Shown: in pieces, positions 9,447-19,398 of the stretch | Layout: each line of letters starts with the position of its first letter | How positions within the stretch are numbered: position 1 is the first letter of the stretch | Source: an uncultured delta proteobacterium | GTDB lineage: Bacteria > Myxococcota_A > Polyangia > Polyangiales > JAFGIB01 | NCBI GenBank assembly: GCA_963778655.1 | Contig: CAVZVA010000010.1 | Location: forward strand, 288,001 to 352,000 | Length of the DNA stretch: 64,000 nt | Reading direction: 5' to 3' | Made by a program: the position numbers and the translations under genes | Notes under the pieces: model-generated | What the model was told of the DNA's origin: nothing | Databases searched by the model: none | Seen by the model: only the letters and a program-made list of their open reading frames with translations

Positions 9447-11249
9447 TCAGTTGACCTTGGTCGGCTTGACGCTGGGCTCGCGCTCCAGATAGCGAAAGAT
9501 CGTGCGCGGGTCGACGCCCAAATCCTGGGCCGTCTTGGTCCGGTTGCCATTGTTGCGCTCGAGCACCTCGAGGATGTAGCGGCGCTGGAAGTCCTCGCGC
9601 GCCTGCGCGAGCGTCGTGATCGGCGAGCTGGCCTCAGGCAGCATGTCGAGATCCTCGACGCCGATCAGCGTCTTGTCGCACATCACGATCGCCTTCTTGA
9701 TGCGGTTCTCGAGCTGCCGCACGTTGCCCGGCCAGTCGTACTTGCGGATCGCGATCAAGGCGTTGGGCGTGAAGCCCTTGACTTTGCTGCCGTACTCCTC
9801 GCTGAGCTTGGCGAGCAGATATTTCGCCAGCACCAGCACGTCATCGCCGCGATCGCGCAGCGGTGGCAGGTGGATGTTGATCACGTTGAGCCGATAGAAC
9901 AGGTCCTCGCGGAAGGCGCCGCGCTTCATCTCCTGCTCGAGGTCGCGGTTGGTGGCCGCCACGATGCGGATGTCGACGTGCTCGGACTTGGTGTCGCCGA
10001 CCTTCATCACCACCTTTTCCTGCAGCGCGCGCAGCAGCTTGACCTGCAGCGCCAGCGGCAGCTCACCCACCTCGTCCAGGAACAGCGTGCCGCCGTGGGC
10101 CTGCTGGAACTTGCCCGGGCGGGTGGCGACCGCACCGGTGAAGGCGCCGCGCACGTGCCCGAACAGCTCCGACTCGATCAGGTTCTCGGGGATCGCGCCG
10201 CAGTTGACCACCACGAAGGGCTCGTCCTTGCGCGGGCTGCCCTGGTGCAGGGCGCGGGCGATCAGCTCCTTGCCGGTGCCGGTCTCGCCGGTGACGAGCA
10301 CGCTGATGTCGGCCCCAGACACCTTTTCCACCGTGCGAAACACCTCGCGCATCGAGGGGCACGCGCCGATGATGTCGCCGAAGCGGTTGGCCTCGAGCTG
10401 CTGCTTGAGCGCGTCGAAGTCGCTCTTGATGCTGTCGACCAGCAAGGCGTTCTGCAGGATCAGTGAGGCCTGACCGGCGAAGATCGACAGCACGTCGAGC
10501 GAGCTCTCCTCGAACAGATTGACCACGTTGTCGTTGCCCACGTACAGAATGCCGAGCAGCTCGCCCTGAGCCATCAGAGGCGCGCACATCACCGAGCACA
10601 GCTTGAGGTTCATCACGCTCTCGCTGGTCTTGAACTGCTCGTCGTGCAGCGCGTCACTGACGATCAACGGACGCCGGGTCTGCATCACGCGCTGCAGCAC
10701 GCTGTCGGAGAGGTGGCGCACGCCGTTGGGCAGGTTCTGCTGATTGAGGTTGCGCGCCACGGCCACACGCGGGTCGCCCTCGTCGACCAAGATCAAGAAG
10801 CCCTTGTCGGCGCTGGTCACCTCGATCACCGAGTCCATCAGCTCTTCGAGCAGACCCGAGACACTCTTGACCTCCATCAGCCGCTGGCTGAACTCGTAGA
10901 GCTTGCGCAGGCCTCCGATCTCGGTGGCGGCCTCGCCGCCGGGAGGCTCGACCGCAGCCTCGTCGTAGAGCGAAAAGGTCAGCTCGACCTCGCCCAGCGT
11001 CAGCCGATCGTTGTGGATCAGCTTGCTGCGGCGCTTCTTCTTGCCGTTGACCAGGATCTTGCCCTGGGTGTCGACCTCGGAGAGGTTGAAGTCGCGTCCG
11101 TCGAAGATCACCTGCGCGTGGTAGTCGGCCAGGCCCGCGTTTTCGATCGCGACGTCGTTGCCGCCTGCGCTGCCGATCGAGGTGATTTTCTTGAAGATCG
11201 GAAACGCGCGCGGCTTTCCCACCGGAGCCGACCACTTCAGACAGGGCAT
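9447..11249 (-). CDS. Sigma-54-dependent enhancer-binding protein, FHA-GAF-AAA+-Fis HTH
   Basis: [46 protein letters not shown] and a C-terminal HTH. N-terminal FHA-like and GAF (SVMCAPL, GILYV) regions. Confidence 0.93.
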   Translation of the reverse strand: MPCLKWSAPVGKPRAFPIFKKITSIGSAGGNDVAIENAGLADYHAQVIFDGRDFNLSEVDTQGKILVNGKKKRRSKLIHNDRLTLGEVELTFSLYDEAAVEPPGGEAATEIGGLRKLYEFSQRLMEVKSVSGLLEELMDSVIEVTSADKGFLILVDEGDPRVAVARNLNQQNLPNGVRHLSDSVLQRVMQTRRPLIVSDALHDEQFKTSESVMNLKLCSVMCAPLMAQGELLGILYVGNDNVVNLFEESSLDVLSIFAGQASLILQNALLVDSIKSDFDALKQQLEANRFGDIIGACPSMREVFRTVEKVSGADISVLVTGETGTGKELIARALHQGSPRKDEPFVVVNCGAIPENLIESELFGHVRGAFTGAVATRPGKFQQAHGGTLFLDEVGELPLALQVKLLRALQEKVVMKVGDTKSEHVDIRIVAATNRDLEQEMKRGAFREDLFYRLNVINIHLPPLRDRGDDVLVLAKYLLAKLSEEYGSKVKGFTPNALIAIRKYDWPGNVRQLENRIKKAIVMCDKTLIGVEDLDMLPEASSPITTLAQAREDFQRRYILEVLERNNGNRTKTAQDLGVDPRTIFRYLEREPSVKPTKVN

Positions 11250-11261
11250 GGCGGCCAGTCT

Positions 11262-11277
11262 AGCAGAAGCCGTGCCA
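11262..11277 (-). promoter_or_regulatory. Putative sigma-54 promoter of the activator gene, overlapping an extended -10 (TGcTAGACT)
   Basis: Minus strand TGGCACGGCTTCTGCT, one mismatch from consensus, lies 12 nt before ATG 11249. Confidence 0.65.
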
Positions 11278-11444
11278 AAATCCTCGAACCCGCGGAGGCC
11301 GCGGCACAAGCTGGGATGTCACTGGAAGTTGCCCTCGCCGGTAAGCATCGCGCCGGCAATGCTCGAAGCGGCGGCGGGTCAGCCCGCCCGAGCACGATCG
11401 CGCGCCGCCGCCGCGCACGGCAGCGGCGCCCGGATCGCATCCTC

Positions 11445-14400
11445 TCAGCTGCAGCCCATGCTCGAGCCGCAGTTCAGGCACTTGTAGCAGGCACCGTTGC
11501 GCACGGTGATGTGGCCGCAGTTGTCGCACATCGGCGCATCGCCCATCATCTCGCCCAGCTGCTCGTCGAGCGAGTTGGTGCCCGCAACCTGCTCGAACAG
11601 GCCGCGCTGGGCGTCGTGGTCGGGCGGCGGCAGCACCAAGTTCCTGGCGGCTTGCTCCGCGTGCTTGGCGGCGCTCACATCGGTCGGGTTCGAGATCTCT
11701 TCCCGCAGCTCGTCGGGCGGCACGTGCGCCAGATCGTAGCGCCGCAGGTACTCGACCCCGAGCACGCGGAAGATGTAGTCGATCATGGAGGTCGCGAACT
11801 TGATGTTCGGGTGACCCATGACCGGCCCCTGCGGCTCGAAGCGGGTGAAGGTGAACTGCTCGACGTAGGACTCGAGCGGCACCCCGTGCTGCAACCCCAT
11901 CGACACGCTGATCGCGAAGCAGTTCATCAGCGAGCGGAAGGCGGCGCCCTCCTTGTGCATGTCGATGAAGATCTCGCCGAGCGAGCCGTCGTCGTACTCG
12001 CCGGTGCGCAGGAACACCTTGTGTCCGGCGACGCTCGCCTCCTGGGTGAAACCGCGGCGCTTCTTGGGCAGCCGGTGGCGCACCGATTCCGGCGGCCGCG
12101 CGCCTTCCTCCACGTGCGGCGCGCGCATCGACGGCGTGCTCCTGAGCACCTGCGCGGGCGCCTCGCCCTCGCCCAGGGCCTCGGGTTCCTCCTCGTTGGA
12201 CTTATCGCGATCGCTGGTCGAAAGCGGTTGCGAGGACTTGCACCCATCGCGATACAACGCCACCGCCTTCAGGCCGAGCTTCCAGCCCTGCAGGTAGATG
12301 TTCGCGATGTCGTCGACGCTGGCCTCGTTGGGCAGATTGACCGTCTTGGAGATGGCGCCCGACAGAAACGGTTGCGCCGCCGCCATCATCTTGACGTGCG
12401 CCATCGGCGCCAGGAAGCGCTCGCCGATGGTGCCGCAGCGGTTGGCGCAGTCGAACACCGGCAGGTGCTCTTCCTTCAGGTGCGGCGCGCCCTCGACCGT
12501 CATGCGGCCGATGATCCAGTCGTTGACCTCGTCGACCTCCTTCTTGGTGAGACCGAGCTTGGTGAGCAGGTTGAAGCCGGGCTTCTCGTATTCCTGCCTG
12601 GCGATCCCCAGCCGCTCGTAGGCCTCGCTGCCGAGCACCCAGGGCGCCAGCGCCTGCGCGACATTGAACACGCCGGGCAGCACCTTCTCCGAGCGCTCGA
12701 TCTCCGCGGCCTGCAAGCCGTGCTTGAGTAGGAACTGGCGCGAGGCGTGCGGCGCGCCGGCGAAGGTGTTGGTGCCGCTCACATACGAGACGATCTCGCG
12801 GATCTGGGCCTCGCTGTAGCGCAGGCGTCGAAGCGCGTCCGGCACGCACTGGTTGACGATCTTGAAGTAGCCGCCGCCCGCCAGCTTCTTGAACTTCACC
12901 AGCGAGAAGTCCGGCTCGATGCCCGTGGTATCGCAGTCCATCAACAGGCCGATGGTGCCGGTGGGCGCTAGCACGCTCGCCTGTGCGTTGCGGTACCCGT
13001 GCCGCTCGCCCATCGCTAGCGCGTCGTTCCACGCCTGCTGCGCCGCCTCCAGCAGCTCCGCCGGCATGCGCTGCATGCGCCCGTCCTCGAAGCCGGCGCG
13101 CTCGCCGATCTGCTGCACGGCGTCGCGGTGCTTGCGCATCACGCGCAGCATCGGCTGCTCGTTCTTGGCATAGCCCGGGAAGGGGCCCTTGGCCTTGGCG
13201 ATCTCGGCACTGCTCCGATACGCCTCGCCGGTCATGATCGCGGTCAGCGCCCCGCAATAGGCGCGGCCCTCCGCGCTGTCGTAGGGAATGCCGAGCCGCA
13301 TCAGCAGGGTGCCCAGGTTGGCGTAGCCCAAGCCGAGCGGGCGGTAGTCGTGGCTGTTTTGCGCGATCGACTCGGTCGGATAGCTCGAGTAGTCGACCAG
13401 GATCTCCTGGGCCTGGATCAGAATGCGGATGGTGTGGCGGTATGCCTCGACGTCGAAGTTGCCGTCCGCGTCGAGATACTTGGTCAAGTTGATCGACGCC
13501 AGGTTGCAGGCCGAGTCGTCGAGAAACATGTACTCGGAGCACGGGTTGCTGGCGTTGATGCGGTCGGTGTTGGCGCTGGTGTGCCAGTCGTTGATCGTGC
13601 TGTCGTACTGCATGCCCGGGTCGGCGCAGGCCCAGGCGCTCTCGCAGATCATCTGCCACAGCTCGCGCGCCCTGTAGGTCGCGCTCACCTTGCCGGAGGT
13701 GCGGAAATACGTGCGCCACTCCCCGTCTTGCTCCACCGCACGCATGAAAGCGTCGGTGACGCGCACCGAGTTGTTCGAGTTCTGGCCGGAGATGGTGTGG
13801 TAGGCGTCGCCGTTGAAGTCGGAGCTGTAGCCCGATGAGATCAGCGCCTGCGCCTTCTTCTCCTCCTTCATCTTCCACTGGATGAAGTCGACGATCTCCG
13901 GGTGGTCCATGTCGAGGCAGACCATCTTGGCGGCGCGCCGCGTGGTGCCACCGCTCTTGGTCGCGCCGGCAGCGCGGTCGAGCACCTCGAGAAAGCTCAT
14001 CAACCCCGACGAGGTGCCGCCGCCCGAGAGCTTCTCCTGGTGGCCGCGGATCGAGCTGAAGTTGCTGCCGGTGCCGGAGCCGTACTTGAACAGGCGCGCC
14101 TCGTTCTTGACGAGATCGTAGATGCTCATCAGGTCGTCCTGGACCTTCTGGATGAAGCAGGCCGAGCACTGCGGGTGCTCGTAGGCGGTGCGCGTCTCCA
14201 CGATACGGCCGGCGTCGGGCGACCAGGCGTAGTTGCCCCCGCTGCCGTCGATGCCGTAGCGCTGGTAGAGACCGCAGTTGAACCACACCGGCGAGTTGAA
14301 CGCGGCGTGCTGGTTGACGAGGATGTAGCTGAGCTCGGCTTCGAAGCTCTCGGCGTCGGCGACCGACGCGAAGTAGCCGCCCAGGCGCTCGCCCGCCTCT

Positions 14401-14765
14401 CGGATCGAGTGCGCCACGCGATAGACGAGCTCTTTGACGCTGCGCTCGCCGCGCGCGGGGTCGCCGTTGATGCCGGCCTTGCGGAAGTACTTGGAGGCAG
14501 CGATGTCGGTGGCGAGCTGCGACCAGGCCGCCGGGACCTCGGCGTTGCGCAGCTCGAACACGATCGAGCCGTCCGAATTGGTGATCACGCAGTCGCGTGT
14601 CGCGTACTCGATGACGTCCAGCGGGTTGACGCCGGGCCGCGTAAACCGCCGACTAAATTCCAGGCCCTTCGGTTTGACCGTGTTCGCCGCATTTTGCGAG
14701 CTCGATCTGGGCAAGTTGATAACCGCCGCGCCCGTTTCCGCCTCTACCTGAGTTTGTACGCTCAC
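11445..14765 (-). CDS. nrdJ: Vitamin B12-dependent (class II) ribonucleotide reductase
   Basis: FNSPVWFN, QCSACFI, KSGGTTRRAAKM, ASNPCSEY, APTGTIG, TSCPD-type C-terminal domain and CxxC..CxxC..GCS tail. GGAGGT RBS before GTG. Confidence 0.97.
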   Translation of the reverse strand: MSVQTQVEAETGAAVINLPRSSSQNAANTVKPKGLEFSRRFTRPGVNPLDVIEYATRDCVITNSDGSIVFELRNAEVPAAWSQLATDIAASKYFRKAGINGDPARGERSVKELVYRVAHSIREAGERLGGYFASVADAESFEAELSYILVNQHAAFNSPVWFNCGLYQRYGIDGSGGNYAWSPDAGRIVETRTAYEHPQCSACFIQKVQDDLMSIYDLVKNEARLFKYGSGTGSNFSSIRGHQEKLSGGGTSSGLMSFLEVLDRAAGATKSGGTTRRAAKMVCLDMDHPEIVDFIQWKMKEEKKAQALISSGYSSDFNGDAYHTISGQNSNNSVRVTDAFMRAVEQDGEWRTYFRTSGKVSATYRARELWQMICESAWACADPGMQYDSTINDWHTSANTDRINASNPCSEYMFLDDSACNLASINLTKYLDADGNFDVEAYRHTIRILIQAQEILVDYSSYPTESIAQNSHDYRPLGLGYANLGTLLMRLGIPYDSAEGRAYCGALTAIMTGEAYRSSAEIAKAKGPFPGYAKNEQPMLRVMRKHRDAVQQIGERAGFEDGRMQRMPAELLEAAQQAWNDALAMGERHGYRNAQASVLAPTGTIGLLMDCDTTGIEPDFSLVKFKKLAGGGYFKIVNQCVPDALRRLRYSEAQIREIVSYVSGTNTFAGAPHASRQFLLKHGLQAAEIERSEKVLPGVFNVAQALAPWVLGSEAYERLGIARQEYEKPGFNLLTKLGLTKKEVDEVNDWIIGRMTVEGAPHLKEEHLPVFDCANRCGTIGERFLAPMAHVKMMAAAQPFLSGAISKTVNLPNEASVDDIANIYLQGWKLGLKAVALYRDGCKSSQPLSTSDRDKSNEEEPEALGEGEAPAQVLRSTPSMRAPHVEEGARPPESVRHRLPKKRRGFTQEASVAGHKVFLRTGEYDDGSLGEIFIDMHKEGAAFRSLMNCFAISVSMGLQHGVPLESYVEQFTFTRFEPQGPVMGHPNIKFATSMIDYIFRVLGVEYLRRYDLAHVPPDELREEISNPTDVSAAKHAEQAARNLVLPPPDHDAQRGLFEQVAGTNSLDEQLGEMMGDAPMCDNCGHITVRNGACYKCLNCGSSMGCS

Positions 14766-14858
14766 TTAGAACCTCCCGCCATCTCGAGTCGGGTCCCGTG
14801 GTCCACGGTCCGTCCCCCGTTAATTCACGCCCTGTCCAGCCGCCAGTACGCCACTTAC

Positions 14859-14905
14859 CCACAATATGTAGTGAAGAGTGACCCTGATCACTACAAGTTG
14901 TTGTG
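14859..14905. promoter_or_regulatory. Tandem NrdR boxes
   Basis: CCACAATATGTAGTGA (14859-14874) and TCACTACAAGTTGTTG (14888-14903) resemble the acaCwAtATaTwGtgt consensus and lie upstream of nrdJ. Confidence 0.75.
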
Positions 14906-14915
14906 GGTAGAGCCG

Positions 14916-14945
14916 TTCTTAAGGCTCTCGCCATCGTCCCGTCAA
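14916..14945 (-). promoter_or_regulatory. Putative sigma-70 promoter of nrdJ
   Basis: Minus strand TTGACG-N18-TAAGAA, preceded by a T-tract and immediately upstream of the NrdR boxes. Confidence 0.4.
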
Positions 14946-15393
14946 CAAAAAAGCAGGCGCCTGATCAATGAAGCGCGGACGCCCTGATCGACGTGAACGA
15001 AGTGCACGGCCCGGCCTTGACATTCCCCGAGATGCTGGCCCGCCCCCGAGCCCCCGTGTGCCCCCAGCAATCCCAGCTACAAGCCGTGACGTGACACATA
15101 GTGCTAGCGTGAACAGACTAGCAGCCCCACGTTTGCGCGCAAGCCCTGCACACCGGGCTTTTCGCCCCGCGGTTCCGGCCCTGGCCACGACGCGGCTCGT
15201 CCCCGTTGCGGGACGCTTCAGGGATGGGAAGCCGCGCCCGCGAGCGCGCGCCGCAGCCGCGACCGGGGTCGCCCGAGTCGCGCAGATCGGCGCGGACGGA
15301 TCCGTCCGGCCGCCGGGCCGCGTGCCGCCCCGATCGCGCGCGACGGATCCGTCTCCGCCGCGCGCGCGTCGTGGCGATCTGCGCGCGCGCCGC

Positions 15394-15966
15394 TCAGTCG
15401 CCCTCGGGCACCAACCCGAACTGCATGCGCAGCCCGCCGGTCGAGCTCAGCTTGGCGATCAGCCGCTGGCCGCCCTGATCGTACTCCGCGTCGTGTAGCT
15501 CGAAGCCGGAGCACAGACCGCCCTTGAGCTTGTACGCCTTGTTGGGCCCGTCGCAGAAGCTGCCGACCTCCATCGCGACCACGAGCTTCATGCCCGACTT
15601 GCTGGGATCGTGCTTCATGCTGAGCGCCAGCACGATCGGCTTGCCCGAGGTGTTGAACGCGCCGGTGAAATCGACCGCCGGACCGATCGGCCTGAACTTC
15701 GCGTGCACCAGCTTCGCCGGCAGGGCGCGCGCCCGCTGCAGGGTCACCAGCCGAGAGCGCCCGACCGGAAGCCCCTTGGGAAAGGTCAGCGTGAGACCGC
15801 CGCCGATGTCGAAGATCGCGCCCGTGTCCATGTTGATGGCCTCGGTCACCTTGCCCCTGCCGGTGAAGGTCGGCATCGGCGCGGGCGCATCCTTCTGCGC
15901 GTGCAGGACCGGCGTGGCGCAGACCAACGCCGCCGTCATCAGGGTTGCTAGCTTCGAGCGCGACAT
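15394..15966 (-). CDS. Hypothetical secreted protein
   Basis: AGGAGG RBS; signal peptide MSRSKLATLMTAALVCATPVLHA; 190 aa beta-rich sequence. Confidence 0.75.
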   Translation of the reverse strand: MSRSKLATLMTAALVCATPVLHAQKDAPAPMPTFTGRGKVTEAINMDTGAIFDIGGGLTLTFPKGLPVGRSRLVTLQRARALPAKLVHAKFRPIGPAVDFTGAFNTSGKPIVLALSMKHDPSKSGMKLVVAMEVGSFCDGPNKAYKLKGGLCSGFELHDAEYDQGGQRLIAKLSSTGGLRMQFGLVPEGD

Positions 15967-16128
15967 GACACCTCCTCGGATCGACGCACCTGGGGTAGGA
16001 GTACAACGCCGCCGCGTGCGGCTCTATTCAGCCGGGCCGCTGGCGCGCGCGTAGGAGCGCGGGGGCGACGCCATTGTCCGGGGGCGCGCGGCCCCAATCA
16101 ACCCGTACCAGGAGGGGGCCGTGGGTGG

Positions 16129-16536
16129 TCAGCGCAGAGCCCCACCGTCTTCGTCGGTCATGCCGGCATCGGTGGGGACCATGCCTGCATCCGCCGACCC
16201 TGCGCCGGACGCGCCCCCACCGCCGCCGGTGCCGAAGCCCGACCCGGAGCCCGACGTGCCGGCCGCTCCCGAGCTTGCCTCGGTTCCTCCCGTGCCCCCC
16301 GCAAGGCCGCCGCCCTTGGTGCCGGCATCCGACACATTGCCCCTCGGCACGCCCGGGGTCCCGACGTCGGCGGCCGGACCCGAGCTGCCAGTGGCGCCCG
16401 GTGGCTCGAGGCCCGGCCCGGTGCAGCCGGCAGCCGTGCACAGCAACGCGAGCGCGAGCAGCCGCCACGGGCCATTCGTCCCCTGCGTGGTGCCGCACCC
16501 GCGACTCCGCACCCGCCTCCACATCCACATCCGCAT
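16129..16536 (-). CDS. Gly-rich low-complexity lipoprotein (start uncertain)
   Basis: Lipobox LLCTAAGC followed by G/S/T-rich sequence with DAG and DEDGG motifs like other proteins in this window. Confidence 0.45.
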   Translation of the reverse strand: MRMWMWRRVRSRGCGTTQGTNGPWRLLALALLCTAAGCTGPGLEPPGATGSSGPAADVGTPGVPRGNVSDAGTKGGGLAGGTGGTEASSGAAGTSGSGSGFGTGGGGGASGAGSADAGMVPTDAGMTDEDGGALR

Positions 16537-16603
16537 TGAGAATGGCAGCGGGCCGCGCCTGCGGCAACCCGCTCGCGGCAAGACCACGCCAGCGTTGCCG
16601 CGA

Positions 16604-16632
16604 TTGACAGCGCCGCCCGTGGCTCCAATACT
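16604..16632 (+). promoter_or_regulatory. Sigma-70 promoter of the tRNA gene
   Basis: TTGACA-N17-AATACT followed by a GC-rich discriminator, 11 nt before the tRNA. Confidence 0.7.
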
Positions 16633-16643
16633 CCGCCCGCTTC

Positions 16644-16717
16644 GCCGATGTAGCTCAGTTGGTCAGAGCGGGCGTTTCATACGCGCTAGGTCAGTGGTTC
16701 GAATCCACTCATCGGCA
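16644..16717 (+). tRNA. tRNA-Met (CAT), elongator type; CCA not encoded
   Basis: Acceptor stem GCCGATG/CATCGGC, D arm GCTC/GAGC, anticodon loop TTCATAC, T arm AGTGG-TTCGAAT-CCACT. G1-C72 is paired, so it is not an initiator; Ile2 cannot be fully excluded. Confidence 0.93.
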
Positions 16718-16788
16718 CCGGGCGGCTCACAGGGCTGCGGCCGTGCGCGCGCGGCAGCGCTCACGGCCATGCTACCCTGACGTGCGCA

Positions 16789-17325
16789 ATGCGTGCGGTC
16801 GCGCTCTACTCGTTGGCACTCGCGCTCCTGGCTGGCTGCTCCCCGGTCTGCAATTGCGTGGTCGATGCCGGCAGCCCCAACGAAGCAGGAGGCGCTGACG
16901 CCGGCAGCGCGCCCGAGCCCGAGGTGCAGATCGGCACGCCCGATCCGCAGACCGGCCTCGACTTCGTGCCCTTGATGGACGGCGGCGACATCCCGCTCGA
17001 GACCTTCGGGCAGGGCGGCACCCATGCCACGGTCGCGGTGCGCTGTATCGGTTTCGGTGACCGCGCCTTCGTGGACGTGATCGTGGAGAACCTCGACAGC
17101 GGCGCGCGGGTGATGACCGTGCCCTCGACGCGAGCCCAGTTGCTGCTGTGTCGCGACAAGGCGATGCAGACCTGCGACATGCTGCCGATCCACGTGATGA
17201 CGGGCGGGCTGGCCGACCCCTCGCAGAAGAACGGGCTGGCCGTGCGTGTGACCGCCAACGTGCACAACGACGCCGGTGTAATGGCGAGCGGCAGCCAGAA
17301 CGGCGTGCTGCGTCAGAACTTCTGA
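16789..17325 (+). CDS. Hypothetical lipoprotein
   Basis: Lipobox LLAGC, DAG linker, then a domain starting 'VQIGT...FVPLMDGGDIPLETFGQGGTH'. Confidence 0.75.
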   Translation: MRAVALYSLALALLAGCSPVCNCVVDAGSPNEAGGADAGSAPEPEVQIGTPDPQTGLDFVPLMDGGDIPLETFGQGGTHATVAVRCIGFGDRAFVDVIVENLDSGARVMTVPSTRAQLLLCRDKAMQTCDMLPIHVMTGGLADPSQKNGLAVRVTANVHNDAGVMASGSQNGVLRQNF

Positions 17326-17374
17326 TGTGACCGGGGGGCACGCGATCCCCGCCGGGGGTCGCTCCGATTGCGCG

Positions 17375-18364
17375 TCAGCGTGGGGCTTCGGCGCCAGCGA
17401 AGTAGCGCCGCGGGTTTTCCACCAGCATGGTCGTGACGTGCGCGTCGGTGATGCCGCGCTCGCGCAGCTTGGGCAGGATGCGCTTGAACAGGTGGGTTGG
17501 CTCCCAGTTGGGCATCGCAGCCGCGATTTGCTCCGGACGCACGGCGAAGCGGCCACCGAACACGGGGCGCCCCAGCCATGCGCCGCAGGTCGCGTCGTGC
17601 GAGAGACACAGCGAGCGCGTGTAGCCGGCCTCGACCATCTTGATCACGCTCTGCATGCGCTTCTCGTCGCTGATGAACGACTCGATGCCGAAGCGATCGA
17701 AGCCGACGTAGGCGCCGCGATCGGCGAGCGAGCGGTGGTAGTCGTGATCGTCGCGCCCGTCGGAGTGGCCGACCAGGATGCGATGCGCCGGCATGCCCTG
17801 CGCGGTCAGCAGCTCGATCTGCTCGATGCCCTGACTGGCCTCGTCGGTGTGGGTGATCACCGGGCAGCCGACCTTGGCCGCGGCGCGCCCGGCCGCGGTC
17901 AGCAGCTTGCGCTCGTAGTCGGTGATGCCGTGGGCGCCGGTCGCGCACTTGATCAGGCCGGCCACGATGCCGGTGCCGCCGATGCCCTCGGTCAGCTCCT
18001 TGACGTAGATCGCCTCGATCTCCTCCACCGGCAGCGCGCCGAAGGTATAGGTGAGGCCCTCGTTCTGCTTGTAGGCGCCGGTGGTGCACACGATGCGCAT
18101 GCCCGAACGCTGCGCCACCTCGGCCATGAACTCCACGTCGCGGCCGAGATCCATGGGGCACGGATCGAGGAAGGTGCGCACGCCGAGCGAGAGCAGCTCC
18201 TGCATGCGGTCGACCGCGCGCGCGAGCACGTCGGCGCGCACGAAGCGCGGCGCCAGCGCGTCCATGAACCAGCCGGGGAAGCCGATCAGCAGGTGCTCGT
18301 GGATCAGGGTGGTGCCGAGCTCATCGGGACGCACCCGTCCGGTAACGGTGTTGATCCATTCCAT
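17375..18364 (-). CDS. Phosphotriesterase-family metallohydrolase (PTE/PLL-like)
   Basis: TLIHEHL, DLGRD, GLIKCA, ITHT, VGHSD, FDRFG and LSHD motifs. Confidence 0.92.
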   Translation of the reverse strand: MEWINTVTGRVRPDELGTTLIHEHLLIGFPGWFMDALAPRFVRADVLARAVDRMQELLSLGVRTFLDPCPMDLGRDVEFMAEVAQRSGMRIVCTTGAYKQNEGLTYTFGALPVEEIEAIYVKELTEGIGGTGIVAGLIKCATGAHGITDYERKLLTAAGRAAAKVGCPVITHTDEASQGIEQIELLTAQGMPAHRILVGHSDGRDDHDYHRSLADRGAYVGFDRFGIESFISDEKRMQSVIKMVEAGYTRSLCLSHDATCGAWLGRPVFGGRFAVRPEQIAAAMPNWEPTHLFKRILPKLRERGITDAHVTTMLVENPRRYFAGAEAPR

Positions 18365-18419
18365 CGTGCCGCGAGCCTACACCAACGGCCGGCGCGAGAC
18401 AGTGACCCCGATCGGGGAC

Positions 18420-19301
18420 TCAGGCCGAGGCTGCGGCCGACGGCTCGGCCGGCTCGGCCGGCTCGCGGCGCAACACGTACTGGCCGTTTGCGGCTTCCCA
18501 GTCGCGGATGTGCTGGGAGGTGTCGGCCTTCCACGGGTGGAAGCCCGGGCGAAAGTAAGCGAAGAACGCGGGCAGCATGGCGCTGACCAGACCGCGCCTG
18601 CCGAACAGGTAGCGGTAGCCCCGCAGCGTGTCGCGCGTGAACAGCTGCTTGTCGTGCCACAGCAGCAAATGCGTGTTGAGCAGCGACAGCCACAGAATCA
18701 GCGCCCAGGCGCCGATCATGATCGTGACCCGCTGCAGATAGCCGCCGTCGAGCTCGCGGTAGATGTCGAAGCAGGTGGCCTTGTGCTCGGTCTCCTCGGC
18801 CGCGTGCCAGGCCCACAGCGCGTGCACGCCGGGGTCGGCGCCGGCGGCCAGCTGCGGCTTCTGGAAATACTGCTCGGCGAAGCCCGCGGTGAAGTGCTCG
18901 AGCGCCACGGTGGCGGCCAGCATGCCCATCGGGTCGAGCTTGGCGCGCGCGCGGTCGAGCACGCGGCGGTAGCGCGCGCGACAGCCCTCGACGTCGATGC
19001 CGTGCGCGGCGTTGATGGCGTCGAACTTCAGGTGCTGCGCGGTGTGGTGGCCCTCCTGGCGGCAGAACTCCGCGATCTCCGCGACCAGCGCCGGGTCGTC
19101 GAGGCGGGACTTGAGCGCACGCGCCGAGTCGATGAAGAACTTCTCCCCGGGCTCGAACGCTGTCGACAGCTGCGTCCAGAACAGGCTTCGGAACGCGCTG
19201 CCCCCGTGCCAGTAGCGCGGGAAGCCGTCCTCGAATGGGAGCTTCACTCGCCGGTAGGTCACCTTGAGCCCGTCCGGTCTGTGGATCGCCGCCTTGCCCA
19301 T
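18420..19301 (-). CDS. Predicted metal-dependent hydrolase (ferritin-like, PF10118-type)
   Basis: FEPGEKFFI, QEGHHTAQH, VALEHFTA, WHAAEETEHK, YFRPGFHPW. AAGGAG upstream of ATG 19301. Confidence 0.88.
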   Translation of the reverse strand: MGKAAIHRPDGLKVTYRRVKLPFEDGFPRYWHGGSAFRSLFWTQLSTAFEPGEKFFIDSARALKSRLDDPALVAEIAEFCRQEGHHTAQHLKFDAINAAHGIDVEGCRARYRRVLDRARAKLDPMGMLAATVALEHFTAGFAEQYFQKPQLAAGADPGVHALWAWHAAEETEHKATCFDIYRELDGGYLQRVTIMIGAWALILWLSLLNTHLLLWHDKQLFTRDTLRGYRYLFGRRGLVSAMLPAFFAYFRPGFHPWKADTSQHIRDWEAANGQYVLRREPAEPAEPSAAASA

Positions 19302-19359
19302 GGGTATCGCCCCGCTCCTTTGGCCCGCGAGCCTGGAAAACCGTAGCACGTCAATACGA

Positions 19360-19398
19360 TTACACTATATACTGTAACATCGTTAAGTGTAATGTCAA
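19360..19398 (-). promoter_or_regulatory. Sigma-70 promoter overlapped by palindromic operator(s)
   Basis: AT-rich island. Minus strand TTGACA-N16-TACAGT; palindrome TTACACTATATACTGTAA at 19360-19377. Confidence 0.65.

Noticed and set aside
11445..14765. Intein or intron in nrdJ
   Set aside because: The frame is continuous, with no visible intein splice or homing-endonuclease motifs. The length is explained by the fused C-terminal domain.
14946..15393. Cobalamin riboswitch or ncRNA in the long region upstream of nrdJ
   Set aside because: I could not identify a B12-box or a convincing fold by eye; an Rfam scan would be needed.
16644..16720. tRNA-Met as an integration site for an island or prophage
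   Set aside because: No integrase nearby, and I saw no duplicated tRNA 3' end in the window.
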